Assembly: GCF_030684315.1 (NCBI RefSeq)
Contig: NC_081391.1
Coordinates: forward strand, 13,617,342-13,681,341
Reading direction: 5' to 3'
Length of the DNA stretch: 64,000 nt
Source of the DNA: Stegostoma tigrinum
Taxonomy: Eukaryota
Position 1 is the stretch's first letter; each line of letters starts with the position of its first letter. The notes beneath the pieces were generated by a model. The model ran no database searches. It saw nothing but the letters and a program-made list of their open reading frames with translations, and was not told the DNA's origin. This document shows positions 1-11,212 of the stretch, one piece after another. The position numbers were made by a program, and so were the translations under genes.

Positions 1-241
1 GAATTCTCATTCAGGGCCACTGCAGTGGAATGACTTTTATCCATCACAAGTCAACTCTGCTCCAGTAAATAAACAGCAAGATGAAGCAGCTAAAAAGCAG
101 TTGTCCTCTTTGCACAATTTCTCCAGGCGTTGGCTCTAGTCATCCCTGACAATCTCCCTCCATATGCATGTTTTTCAGTGGGGATTCTGAAGTTGTCTTG
201 GATAGTGTTGATGTACCAAGTGTCATATTCCTCTGTTGCAG

Positions 242-397
242 CTGTGTGACTTCCTGGAGACCCACTATTTGGATGAGGAGGTGGAGATCATCAAGCAACT
301 TGGGGACTACATCACCAACCTGAAGCGCCTGGGAGCCCCTGAGAATGGGATGGGAGAGTACCTGTTTGACAGGCTCTCCCTGGAGGACAGCAGTTAG
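242..397 (+). CDS. Ferritin subunit copy F0, terminal exon 4 only (rest of the gene lies upstream of the window)
   Basis: After acceptor ...ctctgttgcag it reads [51 protein letters not shown], the ferritin D/E helices. AATAAA at 524-529. Confidence 0.93.
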   Translation: MCDFLETHYLDEEVEIIKQLGDYITNLKRLGAPENGMGEYLFDRLSLEDSS

Positions 398-1487
398 TGT
401 GGCCTGGAGTACTGTCTGCTTGTCTGAATGCATTCCCCACTTCACCCTGGGCAATCTGCCTCTCTCCAGGGAGAAAGGACTTTGAGCAAAGAATGTAATG
501 GCTGTACCAGCCGAATGGAAATGAATAAAATGATCTCTTGATCTCAGTTACTGTGCATCATTTTGAGACCACTGATACCGCTTTGGTCAAGCAAGCTTTC
601 TTGCCTCACTTCACCATTGCTTTTCCCCAACCCCCTGTGGACAGACTCCAGGCCTATGGGAGCCAGTTGGGGTTCAAATGGGGCCTGTGACCGACCCTGA
701 CGACAACCATCAACTGGTGGCCCTGCTGACCAGTTCCCTTTGTCACTGAAGTCTGCTGCTCCTCCCAGGGGCCCTTGGGTTTTCTGAACTTTCTTGGTTC
801 AACTGCATAGATTTGTTTTTCCCCCAGAAGGAATCCAAAATTCCTTCAAGTGGCTTCCTCAGTTTTTTGCTTTCTTTCCTTCGCCCTGGGCTCAGTCCCT
901 CCCCATAACTGGAAGTCCACCAGCCCTGAGCTGGGGAAATTCAGCCCAAACATTCTGAACAGTCACATTCCAGAGAATCATCTCCAGATTCTCTGGGGCT
1001 ACTTGATTGATAGTGGATGCTCTTGATACCATAAATACAAGGATTGGTGACCTGGGGCTTGGATGATTGCCCATGGTTCAAAATACTCACATTTGGTTTA
1101 TGCTTGCAGCTACAACTGGCCTCTGACTGTTGAAGGGTTTGTACAAAAAGCTGCTACCTTGGTTCTTGGAACCTTTCCATGGGCTGATGAAATTTTTTTT
1201 TTGACCCAGTGAGGGAGCAGGGATTTCTGGGGAAGATGGGGGCTGTCTCCTTCAGTCAAGATGCCTGGACATGCTGACTTTGCCTTACAGCTGTTTCCTT
1301 GATCATTCAAGGTGTCTGATCATGGGTTAGGGAGGGTGTGATCAGAGACAGCCCGGAGATTATCTTGAGTTTTGGCACAAGTGCACACTGTAGCCTTAGG
1401 AAGAGTGTGGGTCATTAAGGTACTGAATAGATTTGTTCCATCACAAAAATCCTTGTTGTTTGGCCCAGTCTCTATCCTTGGTGATAG

Positions 1488-2560
1488 AATCCCTGCTCTC
1501 TGGCAAGAGGCCATTTGACCCAGGTAGCATCAACCTTCTGACCAGAATCCTGCTCAGTCCCACCCCAGTCCTTTAACCCTGTGTCTTCCCCATGGCTAAT
1601 CCAGCTTGCCCCTTGTCAATATCACCAACTTAGCATTGCCTATCCACTTGACCAGCAAATAGTTCAGATGGTGGGTGGGAAACCAAACAGACACTGTAAA
1701 TGTACAAACTCCCCAGGGTGCCCTAAGGCTGTAATAAATCCCATGTCGCTGTGAGGTAAGTGTTCGCTACTGAGACACTGTCTCACCCGAAAGTACCGAA
1801 CAAAGGAATATGCTGTTGCATACTGTCAGAGTCCTACAGCAGAGATACAGGTTGTTTGGCTCAAACCGTCCAGGTCGAGCAGTGTTCCAAATCTGAACTA
1901 GTTGTGTTTGCCCCATATCCCTCAACCAGTCCTTTCCCTGGAAATCACCAAATGTCTTTTAACAACTGCAATTGCACCTACTTCTCGTGCTTTATGTAGC
2001 CACTCATTCTTGACATAAACCATTTTCTGTGGGGCAAAGCTGTTCTTCAGCTTCCCTCCCTCTCCACCCCCCTTCCCCCCCCCCCCCCCCCCAAACTCCA
2101 CATGCCTGTGTGTGAAAACATTACCCCTACCACCCCTAGTTTTGGACTCCACGACCCTGTCCCAGCATGCTTACTGTATGCAGTCAATCGTGAGTCTGCC
2201 AAGGGCAAGGCCACATTTAGTGCTCAGCAAGTGTTACACTTCAGGAGGTGGTGATGAGCTGGTCATTACAGTCCACCTGGTGTCGGAGAGACCGGAATGA
2301 TAATGTTGCCGAGGAAGGGCTTCTGGGATTTTCATTCGCAAACAGGAATATTTTCCCAAGTCAGGATGGTGACAGACTTACATGGAGCTGCTTGCATGTT
2401 GTTGGTGCTGCCTCCAGCCAGAACATTGAAAACTGTTCCAGCATTACTCACTCCTAACTTCAGTCTTATTGATGGTGGACCGGCTTTGGAAAGTTAGAAG
2501 TTGCGTAATCACAACAGAATTCCCTGCCTCTGACTTCCCAATTTTTGAGTTGTTCACTCT
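1488..2560 (-). mobile_element. Old composite of degenerate V-SINE, CR1 3' fragment and L2-type LINE 3' fragment (ancestral part of the repeat unit)
   Basis: Homologous to better preserved copies at 19726-20740 and 54990-56020. Boundaries approximate. Confidence 0.55.
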
Positions 2561-2930
2561 ACAGAATGCAATGAAAACTGTAACAGATACTGTCACCTTG
2601 GAAACATGCTGGCGTTAAGCGCTGATTCAACTTCAACAATGTAAAACCAAACATGGAGACAGAAATGTTCAACGTGCGATACATTTCTAGCAGCAGCTGA
2701 GACACAGAACCCTGAGGCCTACTGTGTATAAGAGGCACTCAGCACATTTAGCATCTTGCTTTTCAAACTGGGCTTCATGCGACCCTAAGTCACGCTGATC
2801 ACAGCAGATTCAGAATGGATCTACAAAGGACATCGGTTGCCTGTATCAGACGATCCAAAAGCACGTTATTCTGTCGCTGCACAGAAATAGGAAAATGTTC
2901 ATATCAACCAAATCAGGGCATTTTACAAAG

Positions 2931-4391
2931 ATGAGGATTGCAAATGTCATTCCCCTGTTCAGAGGATAGCAAATGTGGTTCCCCTGTGCAAGAAGGGGAG
3001 TAGAGACAACCCTGGTAATTGTAGACCAGTCAGCCTTACCTCAGTTGTTGGGAAAGTGTTGAAAAAGGTTATAAGGGATAGGATTTATAATTATCTAGAA
3101 AAGAATAAATTGGTTAGGGATAGTCAGCACGGTTTTGTGAAGGGAAGGTCGTGCCTCACAAACCTTATTGAGTTCTTTCAGAAGGTGAGCAAACAGGTAT
3201 TTGAGAGTAAACCGGTTGATGTGGTGCATATGGATTTCAGCAAGTCGTTCGATTAGGTTCGCCACAGTCGGCTATTGTACAAAATGCGGAGGAATGGAAT
3301 TGTGGGAGATATAGCAGTTTGGATCGGAAATTGGCTTGCTGAAAGAAGACACAGGGTGGTAGTTGATGGGAAATGTTCATCCTGGAGACCAGTTATTCGT
3401 GGTGTACTGCAAGGGTCGGTGTTGGGTCCACTGCTGTTTGTCATTTTTATAAATGACCTGGATGAGTTTGTAGAAGGATGGGTTAGTAAATTTGCAGACG
3501 ACACTAAGGTCAGTGGAGTTGTGGATAGTGACGAAGGTAGCTGTAGGTCGCAGAGAGACATAGATAAGCTGCAGAGCTGGGCTGAGAAGTGGCAAATGGA
3601 GTTTAATGCAGACAGGTGTGAGGTGATGCACTTTTGTAGGAGTAACTGGAAGGCAAAGTACAGGGCTAATGGTAAGATTCTTGGTGGTGTAGATGAGCAG
3701 AGAGATCTCGGTGTCCATGTACACAGATCCTTGAAAGTTGCCACCCAGGTTGACAGGGTGGTTGAGAAGGCATACAATGTTTTGGCTTTTATTAATAGAG
3801 GGATTGAGTTCCAGAACCAAGAGGTTATGGCGAAGCTGTACAAAACTCTGGTTAGGCCGCACTTGGAGTATTGTGTACAGTTCTGGTCACCCCATTATAA
3901 GAAGAATGTAGAAGCTTTGGAAAGGGTGCAGAGGAGATTTACTAGGATGTTGCCTGGTATGGAGGGAAGGTCTTAAGAGGAAATGCTGAGGGACTTGAGG
4001 CTGTTTTCATTCGAGAGAAGAAGGCTGAGAGGCGACTTAATTGAAACATATGAAATAATTAGAGGGTTGGATAAGGAGAGCCTTTTTCCTAGGATGGTGA
4101 CAGCGAGCACGAGGGGGCATTGCTTTAAATTGAGGTGTGAACGATATAGGACAGATTTCAGAGGTAGTTTCTCTACTCAGAGTAGTGAGGGAATGGAACG
4201 CTTTGCCTGCAACGGTCGTAGATTCGCCAACTTTAGGTACATTTGAGTCGTCATTGGACGAGCATCTGGACGTACATGGAATAGTGTAGGTTAGATGGGC
4301 TTCATATCGGTATGACTGGTCGGCACAACATCGAGGGCCGAAGGGCCTGTACTGTGCTGTAATGTTCTATGTTTTATGTTCTATATTCTAT
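2931..4391 (+). mobile_element. 5'-truncated CR1-clade LINE (ORF2 reverse transcriptase, disrupted)
   Basis: ORFs 2975-3256, 3275-3976 and 3983-4246 contain PGNCRPVSLTS, QHGF, QGSVLGPLLF, KFADDTK and RPHLEYCVQFWSP. In-frame stops at 3254 and 3974. The 3' end is a (TTCTAT)-like repeat. The empty site is visible in other units (e.g. ~21113). Confidence 0.95.
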
Positions 4392-4575
4392 GGCTCCAAC
4401 ACCAATGTTCAAAAGTTATGACGACTAATCCCTCAGATTAACAATCCGACGAAATTGTGCAAATCTGTGATGACTGAGTCTTAACGCACAACCTCAGATA
4501 CACAAGTGAAGGTTTAGAGTATATTTTATTGTCATTTTCTGGCAAATACATTTACAGAATGTGCACTTGTACAGG

Positions 4576-4763
4576 AGGTCAAAGCTCATTCAGCAATTCC
4601 ATCATCGACCAGTTGTCAACTGTGTTTCGTTTCTGGATCCAGTTCCCATCCTGCACTGATTGGACGTGGCAGCTGATCAACTGATCATCAAGAGTGATTG
4701 GCCATCACTGATGATGTCATTTCCTGCTTCATAAAAAGAGGGTCTGCCCCTGGGGTATAAATA
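4576..4763 (+). promoter_or_regulatory. Promoter of F1
   Basis: DR1 AGGTCAAAGcTCA 4576-4588, inverted CCAAT 4658-4663 and 4696-4701, ACGTG 4664-4668, CAGCTG 4670-4675, TGATGTCA 4712-4719, TATAAATA 4756-4763. The block recurs before every copy. Confidence 0.75.
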
Positions 4764-4848
4764 GAGTCCCACGGGAATGATGTTGATTGTTCTTCCTAAT
4801 TTTGTTATTTTGGTGGTGAGGAAAATAAAAGAAATTTATTGTCACAAG

Positions 4849-7800
4849 ATGGCCTCCCAGATCAGTCAGAACTATCACCAGGATTGTGAAGCTGCTGTCA
4901 ACAAGCAGATTAATGTGGAGCTCACTGCCTCCTATCTCTATCAGTCTTTGGTGAGTGCTGTCTCTCGGGGTTAAACATATAAATCTGTTCTGTTGAAGTA
5001 AACTCTTTGCCTGGCCTCTAGTGAAGCTGACAATCTAGTAGATTGAGGTTTTGTGGCTCCTACCCAAATATCAGTTCAGGATAGAGGTGGTGTTACTATC
5101 ACGATGGTGTAGGATACTGATGTATGTTAACTCAGGTCCCAGTTGGCCTTCAGTGGTATCTGGAGGGTAAAAGCCTCTTGCTTTTGTTTTCTTTCTGACA
5201 CAAGTTTCCTGACTTCATTTGCCTGATCTCTGTGGTGGTCCTAAACAAACATGCTGATTTTTTTTAACACTGACAATAACAATAACTTCCCTGTTGCAGT
5301 GGCCCTTGTTAGTCTGAACAAACCTGAGGCTAGTCTGTGACTGGTATCTATTTTATGTAGATCTCCTTCATTGAGGCTGACTTGGCTTTACTTGTATTTA
5401 TTCAAGAGGTGGGTGTGGCCTATCCCGTCCCTACTGAGAGTTGATCTGCCGTGTGTGAGAAATGTTGGATCCCCTCTCTGCCCCCTCTCCTCCCCACCCC
5501 ACCCCACACTGGGGCTGCGGGAATGTGGTGAGGCTATTAGCCCAGTGACATTGAAGAAATGGAGGTTGTTCCCATATCATTTAGCTTGACCTAAAACAAA
5601 ATGTCCCCTCTATCCTGGTGGTGATGTGACTGTGCCCTTCCAAGGAGTAGAATGTGCTTGGAAGGTATGTGTTGAAGTAACCTTGGTGAGTGCTGCAGGG
5701 GACCTGGTAGGTAATGGACCCTGAAAGGAGGTGGTGAATGCAGTCCCCATGAAGTGGGCTGCCCTGTCCTGGATGGTGTCTGCTTCTTGCATGTTGTAGC
5801 TCCCCTTCTACAGACACATGGGGAATATTTATCTCCCTCTGGGCTTGTGCCTATTGGAAGGAAGTTGTCTTGTAATGAGGACTAAGTCCCTATAAGCCTC
5901 ACTTGGGAGGTGGGACCGCTTTATTGGTGAGCCAGTTGTTGGGGTTTAATCACTGTGTCCCACCTCAACTGGCACATGCTTCCCAAGGATAAAATCCCGA
6001 CTATCTTCTGCCACAACTTGTAACTACCCACTGAAACCACAGATATTTGCTTGCCTGAGTGTGGTTTTTGGATTTGAGGATTAAAGTAACTTTACAGGAG
6101 TCCTTCCCCAGAATGTAATTCTTAGCTGATGCTTCCAATAGCGAGCATTAGCTCTTAAACCCTTACATCGAATTGTGAACGTGACAGTTTAGATATGAGT
6201 CACATGGGCTGAAAACCTACAGGATTTTTTGCCTGTTTGGGTAAAGTCAGGGCAAGTGTTTTTCCAGGTTACTGTTTTCACTAGTGACGTTATCTACAGG
6301 CCACTAATAGTTGACATTTGATCATTTGTTTTGCAATTTGTTTCAGTCATGTGACTTGGTGCAAGCTTTTGACAGCCTGCGTTTGCACTACTTAGGCAGA
6401 GCAATAACCCACTGCTGCAACGATCCAAAGGCTGTTACTGGGCAGGCTTTCCTCGGCATTATCTTAGTGCCAAACTCCAAACTGGAGACAGCACACCTTT
6501 GTAGAGTTCATGTGTACACTTACATCCCAATCTCGTTGATCCTGGGTTTGCAGAAAACATGCTCCCTACTAGTCGTTGACTACAGCAGGGTTTCAACATC
6601 TTTTTTTCCAGTTTTCCCCAAAGGCAAAACATAGTACCTTGCGTCTTGTAGTTGAGAACTGGAATGGGGAGTGAGCCAGTGATGTCTGATGTAATTTTAA
6701 CTTGATCTTCCAGATGTCCTACTTTGACCGGGACGATGTTGCCCTCGCCCATTTCTCCCGGTTCTTCAAAGATCAGTCCCAGGAGAAGCGGGAACATGTA
6801 GAAAAGCTGCTGAAATTCCAGAATCAGCGTGGAGGCCGAGTCCTCCTCCAGGATGTGAAGGTTGGGGTTGGGTGGTGGGGGAGTGCAGGGGGGAATGGCT
6901 GCTCTTGCGGTGTCATCTCCAGTGACAAGATTTTCAGATCCTGAGCGAGTGTGAGAAGTTCTTTTGCTTGGCTTCCCTGTTTGCTCTCCTCCATCTCCAG
7001 TGTTTCAGCATTTATGCAAGCCCTCTGGTCCACCAGGCCTATGCTGACCCAGCAAAGACCGAACTGTACTCACCCTGTTCTTGGTCCAGGCCCTACTATA
7101 CCCTAGTGTTAGCACTCGCCCAGCTAGTCCTTTAAACAGTGCTGCAGTAGCCGTTTCCAGCACTTTGTTCTTCCGTTCCCCAACACACCCACCAAATTTC
7201 CTCCAATCCCCTCTATCCTGCTTCCTCAAACCTGTGCCCTCTGGTCTGAGTGTCTGCCATGGGGAAGACATTTTCCCCATCTACTGTCCAGACTTCCTTG
7301 TCTTCCATCAAACAACCACCTCAGCCTCACCTGCTCAAAGGAAACCCCCCAGCCCATCCAATCTCTCTCCTCAATGGATTTTCTGTCTTGGGGAAACAAC
7401 CTGGGGACCCTCACCAGCACCCCCTGCAGTACCATCCTGTCCTTCTGACTAGTGAGGCCAACGATAGAATGCAGCAGAGGCCGGAAGAACAATTTTCATA
7501 AAATGTGTTCAAAGGACTTGTCCCTGTGCTGTTCCTCACAACCCTGCCCCAAACTAACACATGTTACTTGGCCTATGTCCCCTTTCACACACAGTTTGCC
7601 TTGTGTGAGCATTGAGGGATCGATGATCCTGTGTTTATTGTAAGCACTTTACTGCCCCCCACAATGAATTCAAGTAATGATGGTTCTGACCATGCTGCTC
7701 GGGCATGTATGAGGCCACAAGCACAAGTGAGACTTGAACCTCAGCCTTGTCAACCGAAGCTTGGGACACGACCGCTACTTCCCCCACAGCCCTTGGGATT

Positions 7801-9012
7801 CACTCCTGAATATCCTTTTTAAGACTCCAGCAGATGGACACTAGTGCAAATGACTAATCTGGTACATATTTATTCCCTGTGGTACAAGGATATGTTCCTG
7901 AGCTTCCGGCTTCAGGTCAAGGATAAATGGGGCAAGGTGAAAGGAGTCACCAAGTAGCTAATGTTTTCTTTATCTGGACTTCAGGGATGGCACAGTGGCT
8001 CAGTGGTTGGCACTGTTGACTCAGTGCCAGGGGCACCAGTTTGGTTCTGGCCTGTGACAAGAATTTAAACGTTATCCCAAAGCATGGCTTCCCCACACAG
8101 TAGAAAAGAGGATTGGCAACTTGAAATGCAGGTTACACGAACAGGGTGGGAATGGGACCAGATGGGATGCTCTTCAGCAGTTATGGTCTCAATGGGGTGA
8201 ATGGCCAGCTCCCATGCTGCAGGGATTCTGTTTCTGAAGCTTACCTGTCCTTCTCTCCATCCCCAGAAGCCAGAGAGGGATGAGTGGGGTAACAGTCTGC
8301 AGGCAATGCAGGTTGCCCTGAATCTGGAGAAGAATGTGAACCAGAGTTTGCTGGATCTACACCAACTCGCCACAGCCCAGACTGACCCTCATGTAAGCTT
8401 CACCTCCTCATTCACATCACTGCTAGACCCTCAGGGTAACATTTCATTGGTTGGTCTGTGTGGATTGGAAATTCACTGATGTAACACTTTCCATCCATTA
8501 CTTTCCTGAACTATTGTAACATTGTAATCAGTATGATCCCAAGTGATCAATGAGGTATAAGGGGAATTTGATCTATAATCTAGTGGAAGTGCTGAAATGA
8601 CGTTGGCCACTGAGTTCTTCATTAGTATCATTGCAGTGGAATGATCATTGTCCATCACAATCCAACTCAGCTCCATTTCACAAACAGCAAGATGCAGCAG
8701 CTGACATGTTGTCCTCACTGGCACAAATTCTCCAGGTGTTAGCTCGCTTTTCAGGGCTGTCCAGAGCTAGTCATGGCTAAGTCTGTCTTGCAGAGGGAAT
8801 TCTGAAATTGTCTTGGATAGTATAAATGTACCAAGTGTCATATTCCTCTGTTGCAGCTGTGTGACTTCCTGGAGACTCACTATTTGGATGAGGAGGTGGA
8901 GATCATCAAGCAACTTGGGGACTACATCACCAACCTGAAGCGCCTGGGAGCCCCTGAGAATGGGATGGGAGAGTACCTGTTTGACAGGCTCTCCCTGGAG
9001 GACAGCAGTTAG
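4849..9012 (+). CDS. Ferritin subunit (heavy/middle-like, L-type Lys62/Glu141) copy F1, intact; exons 4849-4950, 6714-6860, 8267-8392, 8857-9012; 176 aa
   Basis: Spliced at GT-AG junctions with vertebrate ferritin exon boundaries: [129 protein letters not shown]...DSS*. Confidence 0.95.
5395..5985 (-). mobile_element. Degenerate L2/CR1-group LINE 3' fragment in intron 1 (counterparts in intron 1 of all copies)
   Basis: Minus-strand [13 protein letters not shown] resembles the C-terminal ORF2 motif LDTIQDKAARLIG of this LINE group. Also at ~13985, ~40015, ~49975 and ~57500. Confidence 0.6.
7984..8229 (+). mobile_element. Degenerate tRNA-derived V-SINE in intron 2, just upstream of exon 3
   Basis: Head gggatggcacagtggctcagtggtt (A box) and tail atgctgcagggattct. 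Same position in F2 (~16608), F3 (~25750), F4 (~34055), F5 (~42604), F6 (~52604) and F7 (~60508). Confidence 0.7.
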
Positions 9013-9139
9013 TGTGGCCTGGAGTACTGTCTGCTTGGTCTGAATGCATTCCCCACTTCACCCTGGGCAATCTGGCTCCATCCAGGGAGAAGGGACTTGT
9101 AGCAAACAATGTAATGGCTGTACCAGCTGAATGGGAATG

Positions 9140-9145
9140 AATAAA
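9140..9145 (+). terminator. Polyadenylation signal of F1
   Basis: AATAAA ~130 nt after the stop. Same position in F0 (524), F2 (17738), F3 (26861), F4 (35179), F6 (53805) and F7 (61666). Confidence 0.8.
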
Positions 9146-11212
9146 ATGTATTGATGTTGCTTATTGTCCATCATTGAGACCCTTGATATTAAAGAGCTTT
9201 TGAGAGCTTCAAGCCTTTAATTTTGGCTAATGAAATTATCAATAATTTGACAAAATATTTCCCTGGTCTTCTCTCCAACACACCCCCGCCTCAGTCTCGG
9301 AAATCCCGAGGAACTTCCTCTGTTATGAATCAAAGTTATTCCTCCAGCCAGAGCATGAGGTTGGGGCCTGTGGGGTGTAAAATCACTTTGTACTATTATC
9401 TCACACCCAGGAATGATGAATACACGTGCAGCTAAAATTTTGTATTGTTTTCAAAAGAGAAAACACGCCTGCATGTGCAAAAGAAAGACTTGACACCCAC
9501 TTTCAGAGAAACAGGGCTGTTGGATGCTTATTTTCATGTCTAGCTTGCATAGCAATAGCTTCCCTGTCAACCTCCACCAACCTAGACTGATGCTGAAGTC
9601 AACTGAAATCACAAGTTGATGCCAACATAAATTATGTGCTGGCTGGCTCAGCTTTCCTCAACAAGAGCTTAAGGGAAGAGATCCATCAGCGACCCCCTCT
9701 CTAGCCTTGTGGAGGAGCCAGCAATGCTGGGAGCAATAATATTAAACTTAGCAACTGGGATCTGCCACACCTGGTCTATTCTACTCCAATCATTTTTATT
9801 ACTTTGTGCTGAGAGTGCATCCTAGAACTTGAGGTTGGGGCCTGTGGGCAGGAAAATCACTTTTTGCTATTATCTCACAGCACGTACAATGAATACACAT
9901 GCAGTTAAGATTCTCGGTGAGCCAGTTGAGGTTCAAGCCAAGACCAGCCGTGTGCCCTGCTGACCACCGCCACCAACTGCCTGCCTCAGGACAGCCATCA
10001 GCAGTTGCTCACAGTGACCAGTTCATTTGTTCCTTCGCCTGAGGAACATGCGCTGCTCTCCCCGGGGATGTGGATTAAATACCCATTGTAGCTCGACAAG
10101 AGAATTCACACGGGGGGAACCGTTTGCCATGAGTAATCCAAAGCTGTCCTAATGTGGCTTTGCTCCATTTACTTTCTTGCTCTCTGCCAAGTCTTGGTCA
10201 AAAACCCCACCACGCCTAGTAATAAACTTCAGGCCGGCCAGCCCAGAGCTGGGAATATTCAGCCCAAGTCTGCTTGAAAAAATTCACCTGAGCTGGATGC
10301 ACTTAATGGCACCTACAGCAGGATAATAGTGACCTGGGAATAACACAGCAACGCTCCTGGTTAAATGCTGCCATTTGATTGGCTCTTGCTGCTAAAGCCA
10401 GCATTGAGCCCACTAAGCTGCTCCCTTGGTTCCTCTGAGCTTCCCCCACGGGGAGGGTTACTCCTGATGCAGGTTGATTTCACCCGATCACATTGAAGGA
10501 GCAGTGTGACTCAGGGAGGAGAACTGGAGATGCTGACTTTCCTGAATGGCTGCTTCCTTTATCTTTCGAGGTGTCAGAGATCGTGGTTTAGGGTGGGGGC
10601 TGTCAGAGACATCCTGGGGAATGTTTCAGGGAGTTTTGTAGCGAGTGCACACTGCAGCCTTCACTGAGGTGTGGGTCTTTAAGGCACTGAATGTATTTGT
10701 TCCACCACATAAAGTGTTTTATTTTAAACAATCTTGAGTCTTGGCTGTAGAATCCCTGTCGTGCAGGAAGAGGTTTTTCAGCTCATTTCGTCTGCACTGA
10801 TCCTCTGAACAGCATCTTGTTCAGACACACCCTGCCTTCTTACGCCATCTTTCCCATGGCCAGTCCAAAATAAACTGCATGTCTTTGGACTGTGGGAGGA
10901 GGTCCACACAGGCACGGGGAGGATGTGCAGCCTCGACACGTGACTGGAATTGACCCCAGGTCCCTGGCACGAGGGTTCAGTAATGCTAACCATTAAAATA
11001 CCCTGTTTGCATACAATTAGAGTTAATGACTCATTCCATATGCAAACAGACCCTTCGGCTACTCCAGCATTATTCCTAACTTCAGTCTTATCGATGGTGG
11101 ACAGACTCTGAAAAGTCTGATGTAGAGTTATTCGCAACAGAATTCCCAGACTCTGACTTGGTCTCAAAGCCATGAGCTCATTAATTAGGATTGACCTTTG
11201 CCCATGGTTTCT

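Noticed and set aside
140-454. Minus-strand ORFs recurring at 140, 8927, 17350 and 34795
   Set aside because: Antisense shadows of ferritin exon 4; they recur only because the exon does.
2050-2092. Poly-C tract as a functional element
   Set aside because: It lies within a decayed CR1 fragment and differs in length from its duplicate at ~36705; a simple-sequence expansion.
3253-3862. Long minus-strand ORFs (196 and 161 aa; also at 37872-38481)
   Set aside because: Antisense frames of the CR1 RT, with no independent gene signals.
3275-3976. Active or domesticated reverse transcriptase
   Set aside because: 5'-truncated, lacks the endonuclease, and has in-frame stops shared by both duplicates.
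4777-4848. N-terminal extension or signal peptide from upstream in-frame ATGs ([16 protein letters not shown]...)
   Set aside because: The ATGs at 4777/4780 lie at or before the expected start site ~25-30 nt after TATA, and the extension is not conserved in other copy types. Not fully excluded without 5' RACE.
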